Positions 29,960-40,160 of a stretch of 64,000 bases of DNA are shown here, piece after piece. The position numbers and the translations under genes are program-made. This stretch comes from Thermodesulfobacteriota bacterium (lineage in GTDB: Bacteria > Desulfobacterota > Desulfarculia > JACQYL01). The stretch's first letter is position 1. Every line of letters starts with the position of its first letter. The notes beneath the pieces are model-generated. The model was not told the DNA's origin. It made no database searches and worked only from the letters and a program-made list of their open reading frames with translations. The DNA lies in contig CAXXLZ010000001.1 of NCBI GenBank assembly GCA_963675595.2, positions 512,001 through 576,000 of the forward strand, given 5' to 3'.

Positions 29960-30030
29960 GGGGTGTGCCGCAGGGGGACGCCGTCCCCCTGCACCCCCTG
30001 CCGGGGGACGAATGGCCCCCAGGACCCCCG
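29960..30030. repeat. Paired REP-like GC palindromes
   Basis: GCAGGGGGACGCCGTCCCCCTGC followed by CCGGGGG..CCCCCAGGACCCCC; resembles 2262-2294. Confidence 0.6.
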
Positions 30031-30192
30031 TTGGGCTTTTGCGAATCGCGTAGGCGATTCGCAAAACGAGCAGCATGTTACCGTACAACATGTTAAAATG
30101 CTTAAATATTTTTGGAGGGCTCCCTCGGATACCCCCTCTGAATGCTCACAAAATATCTTCTCGAAAACCGGCTCAACCAAGGAAAGGAAAGT

Positions 30193-31587
30193 ATGAACCC
30201 TCATTCGGAAGGGAAGCCGCAAGGGGCGCTTCCCGACGCTGCAAAGGACGAACGCGGTATTCGGTCGCGGCCCCGCCTTTTGGGCGGACTGTTCCAGGGA
30301 GATCGAAAATGGGTTGCGCTTATTTTCCTTTTTGCTCTCGTCCTTCGGCTGGGCTTTCTGGTATCCAGCGAAAACTACATAGACCATCGAGGCATCTATT
30401 TCGAAGCGGGGGCCATTGCCGCTTCGTTGGCCCGAGGTGAGGGATACTCTTCTCCTTTCCTGCAGCCGGGCAGGCCGTCGGCCGGAGTCAAGACGGGTCC
30501 CACCGCTTGGCTGGCTCCCGGTTACCCCACGTTGCTGAGTATTCTGTTCCGGATTTTCGGCATTCAGACCTCGGCCGCCGCGGCCGCGGCTCTGGCGTTG
30601 AACTGCCTTTTTGGGGCTCTCATTTGCTTTCCACTCTTTTCCGTCGGCCGTTGGGTCTTTGGACGTGAAACGGGGTTCGTGGCGGCGGGTATCCAGGCTT
30701 TGGACCCCGGGCAGATGATCATGGAGATCAATCACATATGGGACGATACCGCCTTCGCGTTGTTGACGGCAACGCTGCTCTATCTCTGCTACCGGATCCC
30801 GTCATCCCTGAACCGACGCACCGCCGTCATTTTAGGGGTTTTCATGGGAGTGGCGTGTCTATTCCAGGCGGCAATGATTCCCTTGTGCGCCTTTTGCGTC
30901 GTTTGGACCTATTTTCGCAGCGCTCTTACCAGGCGCCAAAGACTGAAGTACTTGGCCGTATCCTCGCTGTTGTTCCTGCTGATTTTGGGGCCATGGCTTG
31001 TCCGGAATCGTGTGATGGTGGGAACCTGGGGGCCGAGGTCCAATTTCGGATTCGAGGTGGCCTTCGGCAACAATCTCGAGGCGTGGCAAGCATTGATCCA
31101 GGGTGGCGTCTACCAGGATTTCGGTAGATGGCACCCCACGGTGTGCAAGGAGGAGTTCGAAAGGTACTTGGAACTTGGGGAGCACGGCTATAATCAAGAA
31201 AAGCTGCAACAAGCCTTGTCTTTTATTCGCTCGAATCCGGGGAAGTTCCTCCAGCTGTGTCTGGTGAAGTTCAAACAGATGTGGCTGGGCTGGAGTGAGA
31301 ATCCCAATTTTCGACCCGTAATCTGGTACATTCAGAAACTTCACTTCCTTGTGCCGATTCCGTTTCTCATTTTGGGACTCTTCGTCGCGCTGAAGCGAGG
31401 AGCGAACGGCATACCGCTCGGGGCCTTCATTGTCATCCTGCCGGCGATCTATTACTTGGTGCATACCATTGATCTGGCACGGTACCGCCATCCCTTGATT
31501 CCGGTGATCATTGTGACCGCGAGCGGGGGCCTGGTCTTTCTTGTGCGCCGGCTGTGGTCCTTGGGGAAGGGAGCGCAAAGCTCGTGA
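30193..31587 (+). CDS. GT-C (family 39 / PMT-like) membrane glycosyltransferase
   Basis: A.SLARGEGYS, PTAWLAPGYP, PWLVRN, ARYRHP; multiple TM segments. Confidence 0.78.
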   Translation: MNPHSEGKPQGALPDAAKDERGIRSRPRLLGGLFQGDRKWVALIFLFALVLRLGFLVSSENYIDHRGIYFEAGAIAASLARGEGYSSPFLQPGRPSAGVKTGPTAWLAPGYPTLLSILFRIFGIQTSAAAAAALALNCLFGALICFPLFSVGRWVFGRETGFVAAGIQALDPGQMIMEINHIWDDTAFALLTATLLYLCYRIPSSLNRRTAVILGVFMGVACLFQAAMIPLCAFCVVWTYFRSALTRRQRLKYLAVSSLLFLLILGPWLVRNRVMVGTWGPRSNFGFEVAFGNNLEAWQALIQGGVYQDFGRWHPTVCKEEFERYLELGEHGYNQEKLQQALSFIRSNPGKFLQLCLVKFKQMWLGWSENPNFRPVIWYIQKLHFLVPIPFLILGLFVALKRGANGIPLGAFIVILPAIYYLVHTIDLARYRHPLIPVIIVTASGGLVFLVRRLWSLGKGAQSS

Positions 31588-31694
31588 GAACGAGCGTCCA
31601 CCGACCCTCCAGCCGGACCCTGGACGCGCATCCATCGAACACAGAATCATAAGTCAACCTCCGGGAGAACACAGTGACCAAACGCCCGGCGCCA

Positions 31695-33002
31695 ATGAAC
31701 GCCATCTGGTTTTTTCTGATCCTCATTTCCATAGCGGCGGCCGCGCACACCGGAAAAATGAAGGAAGTGGTGGATGCCTCCTTCGATTCGGCGAAAGGGG
31801 CCGTGACTCTGGCCATCGGCCTTATCGGGGCCATGGCCTTATGGCTGGGGCTGATGAAGGTCGCGGAGCGGGGCGGCCTCATGAGGCTGGTGGCGAAAGG
31901 CATCCGGCCCGTGATGGTGCGTCTTTTCCCCCGTGTGCCGGCCGACCATCCGGCCATGAGCGCCATGGTCATGAACATGAGCGCCAACGCCTTGGGACTG
32001 GGGAACGCCGCTACGCCCATGGGCCTGAAGGCCATGATGGAGCTGGACCGACTGAACCCGTCCAAGGGAACGGCCACGGACGCCATGTGCCTGTTTCTGG
32101 CCATCAATACCTCGAACGTAACGATCCTGCCCCTGGGTGTGATTGCGGTGCGGGCTTCCGCGGGGAGCGCCGAACCGGCTTCCATTCTCGTGCCCACACT
32201 GCTGGCCACCATCACCTCGACTCTCGTGGCGGTGGCGGCGGCCAAGTTTCTTTCCCGAGTTTCGCGAGGGGAGACCTCCGCATCGGAGGAATCCTCGGAA
32301 ATCGCCTCGGAGGATGCGCCGACCCAGGGAGAGACGATGGATGAATCGCAGGCGAATTCGGAAAAGGAAGAGGCTCTTCAGCCGCCCGGATATTTGGGAC
32401 GCTTGGCATGCCTGCTTTTGATGGCCGTTTTCGTTGTCGGGGCCGTGCTTCATTGGGTGCAGGCGGAGTCCGCGGCCGAAGCGGGCAAGGAATTTCTGTC
32501 CTTCTGGTTGCTTCCCATGATCATGGGAGGGCTGCTTGTTTTCGGCTACCTGAAAGGCGTGGGTGTTTACGAGGCGGCCACGGAAGGCGCCAAGGAAGGC
32601 TTTCAGGTGGCGGTCCGCATCATTCCCTTCTTGGTCATGATCCTGGTGGCTGTGGGAATGTTTCGGGCTTCGGGCGCATTCGACATGATGGTACGCATAC
32701 TGAATCCGGTTACTTCACTCCTCGGCATGCCCCCGGAGGCGCTTCCCATGGCGCTCATGCGTCCCCTTTCAGGGAGCGGCGCTTTCGGAGTGATGAGTGA
32801 GGTGGTCCAGCGGGCGCCGGACAGTTTCGGAGCCTATCTGGTGTCGTGCATGCAGGGCAGCACGGAAACCACGTTCTATGTCCTGGCCGTGTACTTCGGG
32901 TCCGTCGGGATCGTTCGCACACGGTATGCCCTGACCGCAGCTTTGCTGGCGGATGCCGCCGGGATTCTCGCCTGCCTGTTCTTCTGTCGGATTCTTTTCT
33001 AG
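31695..33002 (+). CDS. SpmA/SpmB fusion (nucleoside-recognition Gate domain membrane protein)
   Basis: ANALGLGNAATPMGLKAM, FLAINTS, RPLSGSGA, GSTETTFYVLAVYFGSVG. Confidence 0.9.
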   Translation: MNAIWFFLILISIAAAAHTGKMKEVVDASFDSAKGAVTLAIGLIGAMALWLGLMKVAERGGLMRLVAKGIRPVMVRLFPRVPADHPAMSAMVMNMSANALGLGNAATPMGLKAMMELDRLNPSKGTATDAMCLFLAINTSNVTILPLGVIAVRASAGSAEPASILVPTLLATITSTLVAVAAAKFLSRVSRGETSASEESSEIASEDAPTQGETMDESQANSEKEEALQPPGYLGRLACLLLMAVFVVGAVLHWVQAESAAEAGKEFLSFWLLPMIMGGLLVFGYLKGVGVYEAATEGAKEGFQVAVRIIPFLVMILVAVGMFRASGAFDMMVRILNPVTSLLGMPPEALPMALMRPLSGSGAFGVMSEVVQRAPDSFGAYLVSCMQGSTETTFYVLAVYFGSVGIVRTRYALTAALLADAAGILACLFFCRILF

Positions 33003-33014
33003 ACGGCCTGCGGC

Positions 33015-33161
33015 TTGACGGCGGATCGATCCTCGGGTAAATAGACGGCATCGAGCACCACGGAGGGCTCAGCCAAGCAGCACGGTTCACATCATATCTT
33101 AGAAACCCCGGCCACGAAGGTCCGGGCCGCCGAGAGGCGCCCAGTCTTCGTGGCTTTTTTT
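33015..33161 (+). promoter_or_regulatory. Candidate promoter plus leader with intrinsic-terminator hairpin (attenuator-like)
   Basis: TTGACG-N17-TAAATA; GCCACGAAG(33111-33119)..CTTCGTGGC(33146-33154) followed by T7, 21 nt before the ATG at 33183. Confidence 0.6.
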
Positions 33162-33182
33162 GTGCCGAACAAAGGGAAACCG

Positions 33183-34973
33183 ATGACACGCGAATTCCGC
33201 TCCTTTTTCCGGACGAACCTCATATTTGTCTTGCTCATTCCGACCCTCCTGTTCCTGGTTCCGGTGATTCCGGGGACGTCGGAGGCGGCCGATGGCCGTG
33301 TTATTCGGCAGGACACCGACGGCGACGGCAGGGACGATCGGGTCGTTCACCTGGATTCCAAAGGGCAAATCCAACGCCTGGAAGCGGACGCCGACGGCAA
33401 CGGAACCATGGACACCTTTCAGTACTATGAAAACGGCGTCCTGAGTCGCATAGAGCGAGACCTCAACGAAGACGGGGTCGTGGACGAGCGGGACATCCTG
33501 GAGAAGGGTGAACGCAAGCGTTTCGAGAAGCTCAACGCACGGGGAATCATTGTCGAAGTCGTTGAATTCGACGCCGGTGAACGGTTTCGTGTGTGGGAAC
33601 GAGACACCACGGGCGATGGAAAAAGAGATACGGTGCAGCGCTACGAGGGTGGAAAGTTGGTGTTGGTTACCAGGGACACCACGGGCGACGGTCGGGCGAA
33701 CTCCCGGGAAACTTACCGGAGCGGTCGTCCCACGGAACGGAAAGTCGACGAAGACGGGAACGGACGTTTGGAGCTGATCCTTAGATACGATGACGCCGGA
33801 CAACCTGCCGAGAGCGAGCACGACCTCGACGATGATGGGACGATGGAAACAAAGAGGTCTTACCGAAACGGCGTTCCCTTTGTGCAAGAGAAGGATACGG
33901 ACGGAGACGGAAGGCCGGATGTGGTCACGGAATATCGGGACGGCTTTGCAGTTTCCGAAAAGACCGATACCGACGGAGACGGTTCTTTCGATCTCGTGGT
34001 GCTGCTGAAGGACGGCAGGCCCTACGAACGGAGAGAAGACACGAACCGAGACGGGGCCCTGGACCGGTTCACCGAGTATGACTCGGAAGGACAACCCGTG
34101 GTGCTTCGGGAAGATACCCGGCATTCGGGAGAAATCAACCGGTTGTCCCGTTTCGAGAAGGGAGTACCGGTACGTATGGAAGAGGATGAGAACGGGGACG
34201 GAATCTTCGAGACGATTACGTTGTTCGAAAAAGGGGAACCCGTGAGCCGGACCCGGGACGACAACGGAGACGGCAAGCCGGAAACCGTGATTTATTTCGA
34301 CCCGGAGGGGCGGGTCGTGCGGGCCGTTACGGACGCCGACCGGGACGGCAAGGAAGATACCTGGGAATTCTATACGGCCGGTGAGCTTTCGGCGACGGAG
34401 CATGATCGGGATTATGACGGGCGCGTCGATGCGAAGGTGTCTTATTCGGAAGGCCGTCGGATCAGTGAACTGTTGGATACCGATGGAGATGGTCGTTTCG
34501 AGACCCGCCGCTTGTACAACGATCCCGAATGGTCGGTGGTTACGGAGCTCGATGGGGACGGAGACGGCTTTTACGAAACCCGATACTGCTATTCCGGAGA
34601 GGTGCTCCGGCTCAGGCAGACCTTTGACGACCCGGGGCGCCGCCTGAAAATCGTCGAAGAATACAACGAGCAGGGAAAGCTCGTGTTGTCCAGGGAAGAC
34701 CGGGACGGGGGAGGTCGTTTGAACCTGACCTGGCACTACGACGAGGCGCAATCTCCGGTTCTTGCGGAGAAGGACTCCGACGGCGATGGGCGGGTGGATA
34801 CGTGGTTCCATTACGAGAACGGCAAGCTTACGAGTACCGAGGAGGATCACGACGGAGACGGCAAGCCGGATTTCCGAGAAACCTACCAGGCCCCGGCGAG
34901 GGAAGGTGCGGAAACGCCGTCTCAAGGAGCGGCGGAGTCGCAATCCTCAACAAATGCGGAGCGGTCGCAGTGA
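33183..34973 (+). CDS. Secreted acidic repeat protein (~20 x 24-25 aa DxDGDG beta-hairpin-like repeats)
   Basis: Signal peptide (..SEA-AD); repeats such as QDTDGDGRDD, KDTDGDGRPD and KDSDGDGRVD, each usually followed by Y/F-x-x-G. Confidence 0.85.
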   Translation: MTREFRSFFRTNLIFVLLIPTLLFLVPVIPGTSEAADGRVIRQDTDGDGRDDRVVHLDSKGQIQRLEADADGNGTMDTFQYYENGVLSRIERDLNEDGVVDERDILEKGERKRFEKLNARGIIVEVVEFDAGERFRVWERDTTGDGKRDTVQRYEGGKLVLVTRDTTGDGRANSRETYRSGRPTERKVDEDGNGRLELILRYDDAGQPAESEHDLDDDGTMETKRSYRNGVPFVQEKDTDGDGRPDVVTEYRDGFAVSEKTDTDGDGSFDLVVLLKDGRPYERREDTNRDGALDRFTEYDSEGQPVVLREDTRHSGEINRLSRFEKGVPVRMEEDENGDGIFETITLFEKGEPVSRTRDDNGDGKPETVIYFDPEGRVVRAVTDADRDGKEDTWEFYTAGELSATEHDRDYDGRVDAKVSYSEGRRISELLDTDGDGRFETRRLYNDPEWSVVTELDGDGDGFYETRYCYSGEVLRLRQTFDDPGRRLKIVEEYNEQGKLVLSREDRDGGGRLNLTWHYDEAQSPVLAEKDSDGDGRVDTWFHYENGKLTSTEEDHDGDGKPDFRETYQAPAREGAETPSQGAAESQSSTNAERSQ

Positions 34974-35165
34974 TTTGTTCCTCGCCGCCGACCTGTTCCC
35001 CGGCTGAGTGCGGTGCGCGGGACACCATGGGATTTCAGGGGTTATCCAGGGAGAAGGCGGTTTCGCAGGTCATGAGATTGCGGCCGCTTCCGTGGCCGTT
35101 TCTTGTCGCGCGAGCCGCTTCGGACGTTGGTTTGTTTGTTGGTGTCGGTCGTTGGGATGCCTTTA

Positions 35166-35229
35166 CCGGGTCGTTGAAAGACACGATCTGCGGCGTTGCA
35201 CTGCATCTCATCGTTTTTCTCCGGCATGC
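35166..35229 (+). repeat. Family-2 element, internally deleted copy
   Basis: GTTGAAA..CGATCTGCGGCGTTGC joined almost directly to TGCATCTCATCGTTTTT, both segments matching the 47048-47173 copy. Confidence 0.55.
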
Positions 35230-35338
35230 AATCATCCGACTTCTTCATCGGACTATTACCCGTGGTGTTGCGTGAGGCCGTTGGTCCATCGGTTTGATCC
35301 GGTGCCTCAGGGACACGGCGGCGGTTGGGGAGGAATGC

Positions 35339-35956
35339 ATGATCATGGACTTGATTTCCAAAGGAGGCCTTCTGGTGCCTCCCATCATACTATGTTCCGT
35401 TGTCGCTCTGGCCATTTTCGCTGAACGGGCGATTCGTTTTTATGTTTTGAGAAAGCGCGGTCGGACCGTCGCGGACCGCGTGGCCGCCTTTCTCGAGAAA
35501 GGTGAAAACGGCAACGCTCTTGAAGCGGCAGAAAACAGCCGGTCACCCATGGGTAGAGTACTGAGGCAGGGCATCGAAGTCATGGGCCATGATCGTGAAA
35601 CCCTCGAAACGGTGCTTGTCCATGCCGCCGAGGGGGAGGTCAGGGAACTCTCACGTTACTTGCGGACCCTAGCCACCATAGGCAACATTGCTCCCCTGCT
35701 CGGCCTTCTGGGTACCGTGATCGGCATGATCAAAGCCTTCATGGTGATTCAGGAGATGGGGGGCAAGGTGAACGCCGTATCTTTGGCGGGGGGAATTTGG
35801 GAGGCCATGCTGACAACGGCGTTGGGCCTTTCCGTCGCCTTGCCCGTCATGGTGGCTCACAGCTATCTGAGCGGTCGGGTGGATGATTACGAAGCCCGTC
35901 TGCTGGACGGTTCCGTGAAATTTCTCAAGAGCCTGTCACGCAGAAATAACGGATGA
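35339..35956 (+). CDS. exbB: MotA/TolQ/ExbB proton channel
   Basis: IAPLLGLLGTVIGMIKAF, LAGGIWEAMLTTALGL. Confidence 0.9.
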   Translation: MIMDLISKGGLLVPPIILCSVVALAIFAERAIRFYVLRKRGRTVADRVAAFLEKGENGNALEAAENSRSPMGRVLRQGIEVMGHDRETLETVLVHAAEGEVRELSRYLRTLATIGNIAPLLGLLGTVIGMIKAFMVIQEMGGKVNAVSLAGGIWEAMLTTALGLSVALPVMVAHSYLSGRVDDYEARLLDGSVKFLKSLSRRNNG

Positions 35957-35959
35957 CCC

Positions 35960-36370
35960 ATGCTCGTTCACCGAAAGAAGAAAGAGCGCTATACGGTTCA
36001 GGCGCCCCTGACCTCTCTCATCGACATCGTCTTTTTGCTCCTTGTCTATTTCCTGTTGACGACAAGTTTCATGACGGAAGAGGCCGTTACGGTCAAGCTC
36101 CCTCGGGCGAATTCCTCGGCGCCGCAGACGCAGAAGCTGATCACCGTTTTCGTGGATGAAGAGGGTCGACCCTACCTCGACGGCGCGCAAATGACGTTCG
36201 ACGACTTGGCCGGCCGCCTGAAAGGAATGATCGGGCAAGAGGATCGGCCGGTGGTTATCAAGGCGGATCGACAGGTGATCCTGAACCGGGCCGTACGCGT
36301 GATGGATATCGCCAAAGAGGCGGGGGCTTCGCGGCTGTTGCTGGCAACGGAAAAGGAAACCGGAAATTGA
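35960..36370 (+). CDS. exbD: ExbD/TolR protein
   Basis: LTSLIDIVFLLLVYFL, VKLP, VIKAD, VMD.AK.AG. Confidence 0.9.
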   Translation: MLVHRKKKERYTVQAPLTSLIDIVFLLLVYFLLTTSFMTEEAVTVKLPRANSSAPQTQKLITVFVDEEGRPYLDGAQMTFDDLAGRLKGMIGQEDRPVVIKADRQVILNRAVRVMDIAKEAGASRLLLATEKETGN

Positions 36371-37776
36371 GGGAGCGGTCGGTAAACGGCGAGCGATTTC
36401 AGTGGAATCGAATGCTTGCCGCCATGGTTTTGCTTTCCGTGGCGATGCATTGGTTCGTCCTGCTGAAGTGCGATCATTGGTTTCGAATTCAGCCCGTGGA
36501 GTATGTGGAATTCGAAATCGAGGTGAGTGAGGCGCGACCCGTTCAGGAACCTCCTCCTACTCCGAAGGTGGCGCAGCCTAAGCCCACGCCGCCCGTCACA
36601 CCCGAGGTCACCGCGAGGAGGGAGGAAATCGTCCGGCCCGAAGCGCCTGAAATGAGGGAGTTGCGGGTCGAGGAGCCCCCCGAGGTCCTCGACCCGTTGC
36701 GCACCCCGGAAACACCACATGCACCGGCTTTGCAGACATTAGCCGACATTGTTTCGCTCCGCGATTCGATGCCGGTGCCCCAGGTGAATCTCTCCGTTCC
36801 GGCTCCGGAGGCGCCGATGGAAACACCAACTCTTGGGAAGACGTCGGTGAAGAGTGTTTCCATCCCGGAAGCGGCGGCCCATCGGGTGGAGGTTCCTCGA
36901 CTGGTTGTGCGGCCTCTTGTTGAGGAGGCACCGTCGAGTTTGCCGCCCTCGTTTCAGCCCGTTGACGTTGCGGACGTTCGAGGCGCCGAATCGATTCCGG
37001 TCCCGTCCGGGCCTGGTGCGATTCCGGAATTCGGGCCTCTGCCGGGAGTGCCAAAGAGGAACCTGACCGTTTCCACGTCGGCTGTTTCGGAGCCGATTTC
37101 CTCGGAGCTTCGCATTTCGGCGCCTGAGAACGCACCTGAGGCCGTGGTCGAGCCGGGAGCTCCCGAAATTCCCGGACGGGTTGCATTCCAGCCGCTTGAT
37201 TCAGGATTGCGCCAAGAGGCCCCCGAGGCTCCGAGGAATCGACGGTGGGTTACACCGGCCCCTTTACCGGTCGCGAAGGAGTCCGGGATAGTACGGGGAA
37301 GGCCGGACCGCGTCGAGTTGCCCCGGATTCCGGCCCTTGCCTACATGAAGAAGACTGCGGGAGAGGCTCCGGTTGTCCGGTTGGAGGACTCGGTCGTATC
37401 GGACAAGCCGGAGACGTCCCGCCTTGCCCCCTTATCCTGGAGCCCCGAAAAGGAGCGGCGGCCTGAAATGGCTCCCGCGCACGGCAAAGAGGGAGACTAC
37501 TATCACGGCGTGTGGCTGAAAATCGAAGGGCGAAAGAGATATCCTCCCACAGCCGTCCGGCGGAGGCTGGAAGGACGAGTCGGAGTCCGATTCGTCATCG
37601 AGACGGACGGCACGGCGAGGAATATCGAAATTCTGGATCCCTGCCCACACCGTATTCTGAATGATGCCGCAGTGAAAGCGATCAGGAAAGCCTCTCCTTT
37701 CGCCCCGCCTCCCAAGGAATTGTTCAAAGGCCCCCTTACGGTGGATATTTATATCGGCTACGAATTAAAGAGCTGA
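36367..37776 (+). CDS. tonB: TonB family energy transducer with long Pro-rich linker
   Basis: TM with SxxxH motif (SVAMH), Pro/Glu-rich region, C-terminal YP..A.RR.LEG.V.VRF..LNDAAV. Confidence 0.85.
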   Translation: MRERSVNGERFQWNRMLAAMVLLSVAMHWFVLLKCDHWFRIQPVEYVEFEIEVSEARPVQEPPPTPKVAQPKPTPPVTPEVTARREEIVRPEAPEMRELRVEEPPEVLDPLRTPETPHAPALQTLADIVSLRDSMPVPQVNLSVPAPEAPMETPTLGKTSVKSVSIPEAAAHRVEVPRLVVRPLVEEAPSSLPPSFQPVDVADVRGAESIPVPSGPGAIPEFGPLPGVPKRNLTVSTSAVSEPISSELRISAPENAPEAVVEPGAPEIPGRVAFQPLDSGLRQEAPEAPRNRRWVTPAPLPVAKESGIVRGRPDRVELPRIPALAYMKKTAGEAPVVRLEDSVVSDKPETSRLAPLSWSPEKERRPEMAPAHGKEGDYYHGVWLKIEGRKRYPPTAVRRRLEGRVGVRFVIETDGTARNIEILDPCPHRILNDAAVKAIRKASPFAPPPKELFKGPLTVDIYIGYELKS

Positions 37777-37972
37777 TTCCTTGATTTTCGGGCCTGTGAA
37801 CAAGCAACGGCTGCAACTGTCCCGTTTCCCCGAAACGATGCCGCTAAACCTTTAGCGGTTACGCGAATCTTGAACCAAATAGAGACCGGCCGGCTGTTTG
37901 TCCGGCGGACTCGGCATGATCAACGAATGAAATATCGATCTTCCTGAAACAGGGAGCAAGGAGGTATCACCG

Positions 37973-38593
37973 ATGGACGCAAGAGAAATCATGGAATCGG
38001 AGGATTTCAGGAAATGTGTGGACTTTCACGGTCACATTTGTCCCGGCCTTTCCATCGGCTACAAGGCGGCCAAAGTCGCACTTGAAAAGCTGAATGAGCA
38101 GCGCTCCGAAGACGAAGAGATCGTGGCCGTTGTGGAGACGGATGCGTGTTCCGCCGATGCGGTGCAGGTGCTCACGGGGTGTACTTTCGGTAAGGGAAAT
38201 CTGATCTACAAAGACTACGGCAAAATGGCCTTGACTCTGTTGAGTCGCAAGACCGGCGAAGGAATCCGCGTGGTCTTGCGTCCGGGAGCCTTTTCGCCGG
38301 ATGAGGAGCATCTCGCGCTGATACGCAAGATGGTGAGTGGGGAAGCCGACGAAGACGAGAAAAAGAAATTCCAGGAGATCCATTTCCGTAGAAGTTGCGA
38401 TGTTCTGACGACCCCTGAGGATCGGCTCTTCGTCATGAAGCCCGTGAAAACGGAATTGCCCGCCAAAGCCAAGATCGATTGTTCCCGGCCCTGCTCCGTT
38501 TGCGGAGAACCCACCATGGCCGCCAAATTGCTGTCCGACGGCGATCGGAAGGTCTGCCGGGAGTGTTTGGAGAAGACACACTCAGCGGTCTGA
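37973..38593 (+). CDS. FmdE family protein with C-terminal zinc finger (copy 1)
   Basis: FHGHICPG, CSADAVQVLTGCTFGKGN, CSVCGE..CREC; AAGGAGG RBS. Confidence 0.92.
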   Translation: MDAREIMESEDFRKCVDFHGHICPGLSIGYKAAKVALEKLNEQRSEDEEIVAVVETDACSADAVQVLTGCTFGKGNLIYKDYGKMALTLLSRKTGEGIRVVLRPGAFSPDEEHLALIRKMVSGEADEDEKKKFQEIHFRRSCDVLTTPEDRLFVMKPVKTELPAKAKIDCSRPCSVCGEPTMAAKLLSDGDRKVCRECLEKTHSAV

Positions 38594-38747
38594 TGGTGAA
38601 AAGTGCATCACAGGTGATCTTTGGAGAAATGGAACGCCGCCGAAGTCATCTTTGGGTCGTCCACCGGGAGCCGAACGACGGCCCGGAGACGCCCACACTG
38701 CTTGGTTCTGCATACCGGGGTTTCCACAACGCCGGTATGGAGGACCG

Positions 38748-39944
38748 TTAGGGCGTGATGACCACTACCTGATTGGACAATGTACCGGAACCGTCAACCT
38801 TGTCGGCGAGAATACGAGCGGCGCAGGAGGTTCCCGGAGCCACCTGAAAGACCGCGCCGGTTTCGGGGCCCAGGTCGACTCCCGTGGCGGGGCTCATGGC
38901 CGGATAGGGTGAGAAGACCAGTGCGTAACTCTTGGTATCCGGAACCTTGTTCCAAACCAGCGACACGGTATCGCCTTCCACGCTGAAATTGAGTACCGGG
39001 GAGGGCCGGGCTTCACACTGGAAGTAAGCGTTCCAATCGGACGAGGCCGTGTCGTAGGCGCGATGCAGCGTGACCCGGGCGCAGCCTGCGGCCGGATCGA
39101 TACGAATGATGAATTCACTCACGCCTTCCGGATGCTCCATATTGCCCCAGTCATAAGTGTAGCCCAGACGAGTCCAAGGCCAACCCCAAGTACTCGGGTC
39201 GTTTTCGTCGCCGACCACGTAGATGGAATCGGCGCGATCCGCATACCATTGTCTAAAGGTCACTTCGCCGGCTTCGGACCACGGTGAGTCGAGAAACGGC
39301 ATGGTATCGTCGTATCGGATGAAGGGGTTGGTTTCGTATGGAAAGACCCATTGTCCCGTGTCGCTCTTGCGAGCCCTTTCCCCTTCGTGATCGGTGATTT
39401 CAGGATCCGCGGAGGGCCGAAACAAGAGTGCGGGGTCCACCCACATTTCCACGAGGACGTCGTAATCGTAGGCGGGGTGCAGGCCCAACAGCTGTTTCAC
39501 TCTTTTTCCGGTGGGAGGGCATTCGCCTTTCACGAAAAAATTCTTGAGTTGCGGCGCCACGGTAACCCAAAGGGACTTTTGCAGCACATATTCCCGCGCT
39601 CCGCTTTCAAGGTTTTCTTTGTAATATTTTTCATAGTCCGATCGAGCCATGAAAGTGGCCGCCAGAACCCGAGACGCTCCCGGATTCCCTTCCCACGTGA
39701 TCCCTTCGCCGTGAAGAATCTCGTAGTTGATCGGATCGTAGTCGGGAAGCACGGCTAGCAGGTGGGCCGATACTTCTTCTTGTGTGGTCGTCCGGGTGTC
39801 TCGAAGGGCTTCAAGGTAGGCCTGCTTGTCCGCGGGAGTGACTTGCGCGGCCCCCACCCATGAAGCCAAGGCAAGCGTAAAGAGGACCGAAAAAGCGAAC
39901 ATTCGGTACAGTCCCGTAAAAAAAGCTCCATTCCGTCGGTTCAT
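38748..39944 (-). CDS. Exported conserved hypothetical protein (PWTRLGYTYDW motif) with C-terminal beta-sandwich-like domain
   Basis: AGGAGG RBS, signal peptide, QLLGL.P, LFRP.ADPEI, WPWTRLGYTYDW..GVSEF. Confidence 0.7.
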   Translation of the reverse strand: MNRRNGAFFTGLYRMFAFSVLFTLALASWVGAAQVTPADKQAYLEALRDTRTTTQEEVSAHLLAVLPDYDPINYEILHGEGITWEGNPGASRVLAATFMARSDYEKYYKENLESGAREYVLQKSLWVTVAPQLKNFFVKGECPPTGKRVKQLLGLHPAYDYDVLVEMWVDPALLFRPSADPEITDHEGERARKSDTGQWVFPYETNPFIRYDDTMPFLDSPWSEAGEVTFRQWYADRADSIYVVGDENDPSTWGWPWTRLGYTYDWGNMEHPEGVSEFIIRIDPAAGCARVTLHRAYDTASSDWNAYFQCEARPSPVLNFSVEGDTVSLVWNKVPDTKSYALVFSPYPAMSPATGVDLGPETGAVFQVAPGTSCAARILADKVDGSGTLSNQVVVITP

Positions 39945-40160
39945 TCGGACACTCCCTCCTAAGTCCGTCGAATTCAGGCATAGCATTTAACTATTCAAGA
40001 GCTGCGGGCAAAAGGTATCGCACGGTAGTCCGAACGTCAATGTGCTCATGCAGAGTGGCCGGCCGGGAAGAGACTCTTGCGTCGGCTGAAGAAACGGGCG
40101 GCTCGTTTGCATTTCTCCCCGGACACTTCCCATGCCTGCCGCAGTGATCGAAAGAGGGTG

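Noticed and set aside
33099-34943. 614-aa - strand ORF
   Set aside because: Antisense shadow of the repeat protein.
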